Assembly (NCBI GenBank): GCA_965644295.1
Contig: CBFFRP010000117.1
Location: 1 to 20,039 of the forward strand
Direction of reading: 5' to 3'
Source: Paraphysomonas bandaiensis
Lineage: Eukaryota; Protista; Chrysophyceae
DNA: 20,039 nt
The notes below the pieces were generated by a model. It made no database searches. It saw only the letters and a program-made list of their open reading frames with translations, and had not been told where the DNA came from. The first letter of the stretch is position 1; each line of letters begins with the position of its first letter. The position numbers and the translations under genes were made by a program. Positions 18,762 through 20,039 of the stretch are shown here, in pieces.

Positions 18762-19351
18762 ACTATGCCGCTCGACTATGGACAAAGAAGTGGTCTGGTA
18801 CAGTGTGATCGTACAAAGTATCTTGTACTAAATCATACGGTGATGTCATATGGTTCTCTCACACCACTGATATTGAAGGACCACAACCAAGTCATGTGGT
18901 GTCATAAAAAAACAAGAAATCTTGGAATACCATGGAATACAGGAATACAGGTATACAGAGTACATGTACGTAGTCTACGACGTGTAAAAACGATCCAAAT
19001 GCTATCTGCCTGTGCAAAAGTTCCGGAGTTAAAAGGAATACCGGAATACCTTGAATACCACGAAACATTCATCTCACATACGTATGGCTGTACGTGCTGA
19101 ACTGCTGGGCATGTACAGCAGTGTATATCAGTTCCCTCCAAGCAATTACCTTCTCGAATTCTATTTATAAAAATATAGATCGATTACTTGCACCACACCC
19201 TGGCAAGGTTAGTTAAGAATCGATTGTTCTCTGCTCGAAACTATTTCACTCGATTATTCATGTAGGCCACATCTGCGCCATTAAGTCGGAATGATATATA
19301 TGTGATTTATTTTTAAGACGATTATAGATTATCGGCGAATCTAGACTCATC

Positions 19352-20039
19352 ATGAATACTAGGTAATCTATAAACGGTCACCTCTATTTTGCTGTCTATC
19401 GTTTACTGCTCGTGTACACAGGAACGAAATACTTGTACTCTATGGCTCTCAAACAGGGAATGCAGAGAGTATTGCGGATGAAGTCAACGAAGCATTGGGG
19501 GAGTCTGGCTTCTCTTCCAAGTGCATGACTCTCAACTCCGTGAAATCACTTGACATCAAGTCTATTGCTGACACTATAATTATAGGTATTACATCCCCTG
19601 TTGGGTGTTATGCTAAACATGTCATTGTGTGTAGTGTGTTCAACAACTGGGAATGGAGACGCTCCCGAAAATGCAGATTCCTTTTGGCGGAAAGTCAAGC
19701 GTCGCACTACTCCGAAAGATGCATTCTGCGGGATCAAGTACTGTGTCTTAGCTCTTGGGGATACGAACTATGATAAATTTTGCTACATGGGTAAAGCTAT
19801 CGACAAGCGGTTTTCTGAGCTTGGAGCTTTCCGTGTGATGGATATGCACTGTGCTGATGAGGCGACGAACCTGACTGAAGCAGTGGAGGGCTGGAAGAAG
19901 GAAATGCTTAAAACGATGCAAGGACTCTCTAGTAGACGCGGTGTATCCTCCGTTGAATATGCTGGAGAAGACGACATAGATCCAGAACCAGAAGAGAAGA
20001 CTGCCGGTGTAGGTGATAGTCCTTGTAAGGGAGAATTAG
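19352..20039 (+). CDS. Flavodoxin-domain diflavin reductase, methionine synthase reductase (MTRR)-like, 3'-partial; exons 19352-19362, 19422-19585, 19635->20039
   Basis: Splicing GT-AG introns 19363-19421 (59 nt) and 19586-19634 (49 nt, TGCTAAAC branch-like site) gives MNTRNEILVLYGSQTGNAESIA...VCSTTGNGDAPENADSFW...LALGDTNYDKFCYMGKAIDKRFSELGA...ADEATNLTEAVEGW. The FAD/NADPH domains are not in the window. Confidence 0.88.

Noticed and set aside
18486-19141. ORFs 18486-18668, 18684-19100 and 18902-19141
   Set aside because: They overlap the Mpv17 gene antisense or lie in its upstream region, with no recognisable motifs.
19495-19773. 92-aa ORF or frameshifted pseudogene of the reductase
   Set aside because: A 49-nt GT-AG intron (19586-19634) restores the flavodoxin STTGNGD motif in frame.

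Overview
Eukaryotic DNA (short 49-59 nt GT-AG introns; a protist or alga is my guess) made up of a transposon-rich block followed by two host genes. (1) 1-~5541: an intact-looking Ty3/Gypsy LTR retrotransposon whose 5' end lies outside the window. Gag and Pol are in the same frame, separated by one TGA in a TGA-CTAG readthrough context. It has several non-canonical features: a CCCH zinc finger in Gag, the RT motif IFDN instead of YxDD, D-33-E integrase spacing, and a degenerate chromodomain followed by an extra ~128-aa tail. (2) 6942-13564: a decayed 6.6-kb DNA transposon with 31-bp TIRs and a candidate 3-bp CTA TSD, carrying a divergent pair of pseudogenes (transposase-like and Myb/SANT). (3) 7376-9814: a second TIR element with a TA TSD nested in it; removing it restores the interrupted reading frame. 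(4) ~13784-17600: two head-to-head non-LTR retrotransposon remnants sharing a KGRPPD C-terminal motif and a 36-nt 3' motif. (5) 18138-20039: an Mpv17/PMP22-family gene (-) and, divergent from it, a two-intron flavodoxin-domain gene resembling methionine synthase reductase (+), which runs off the window. All family assignments come from motif recognition by eye; no searches were run.
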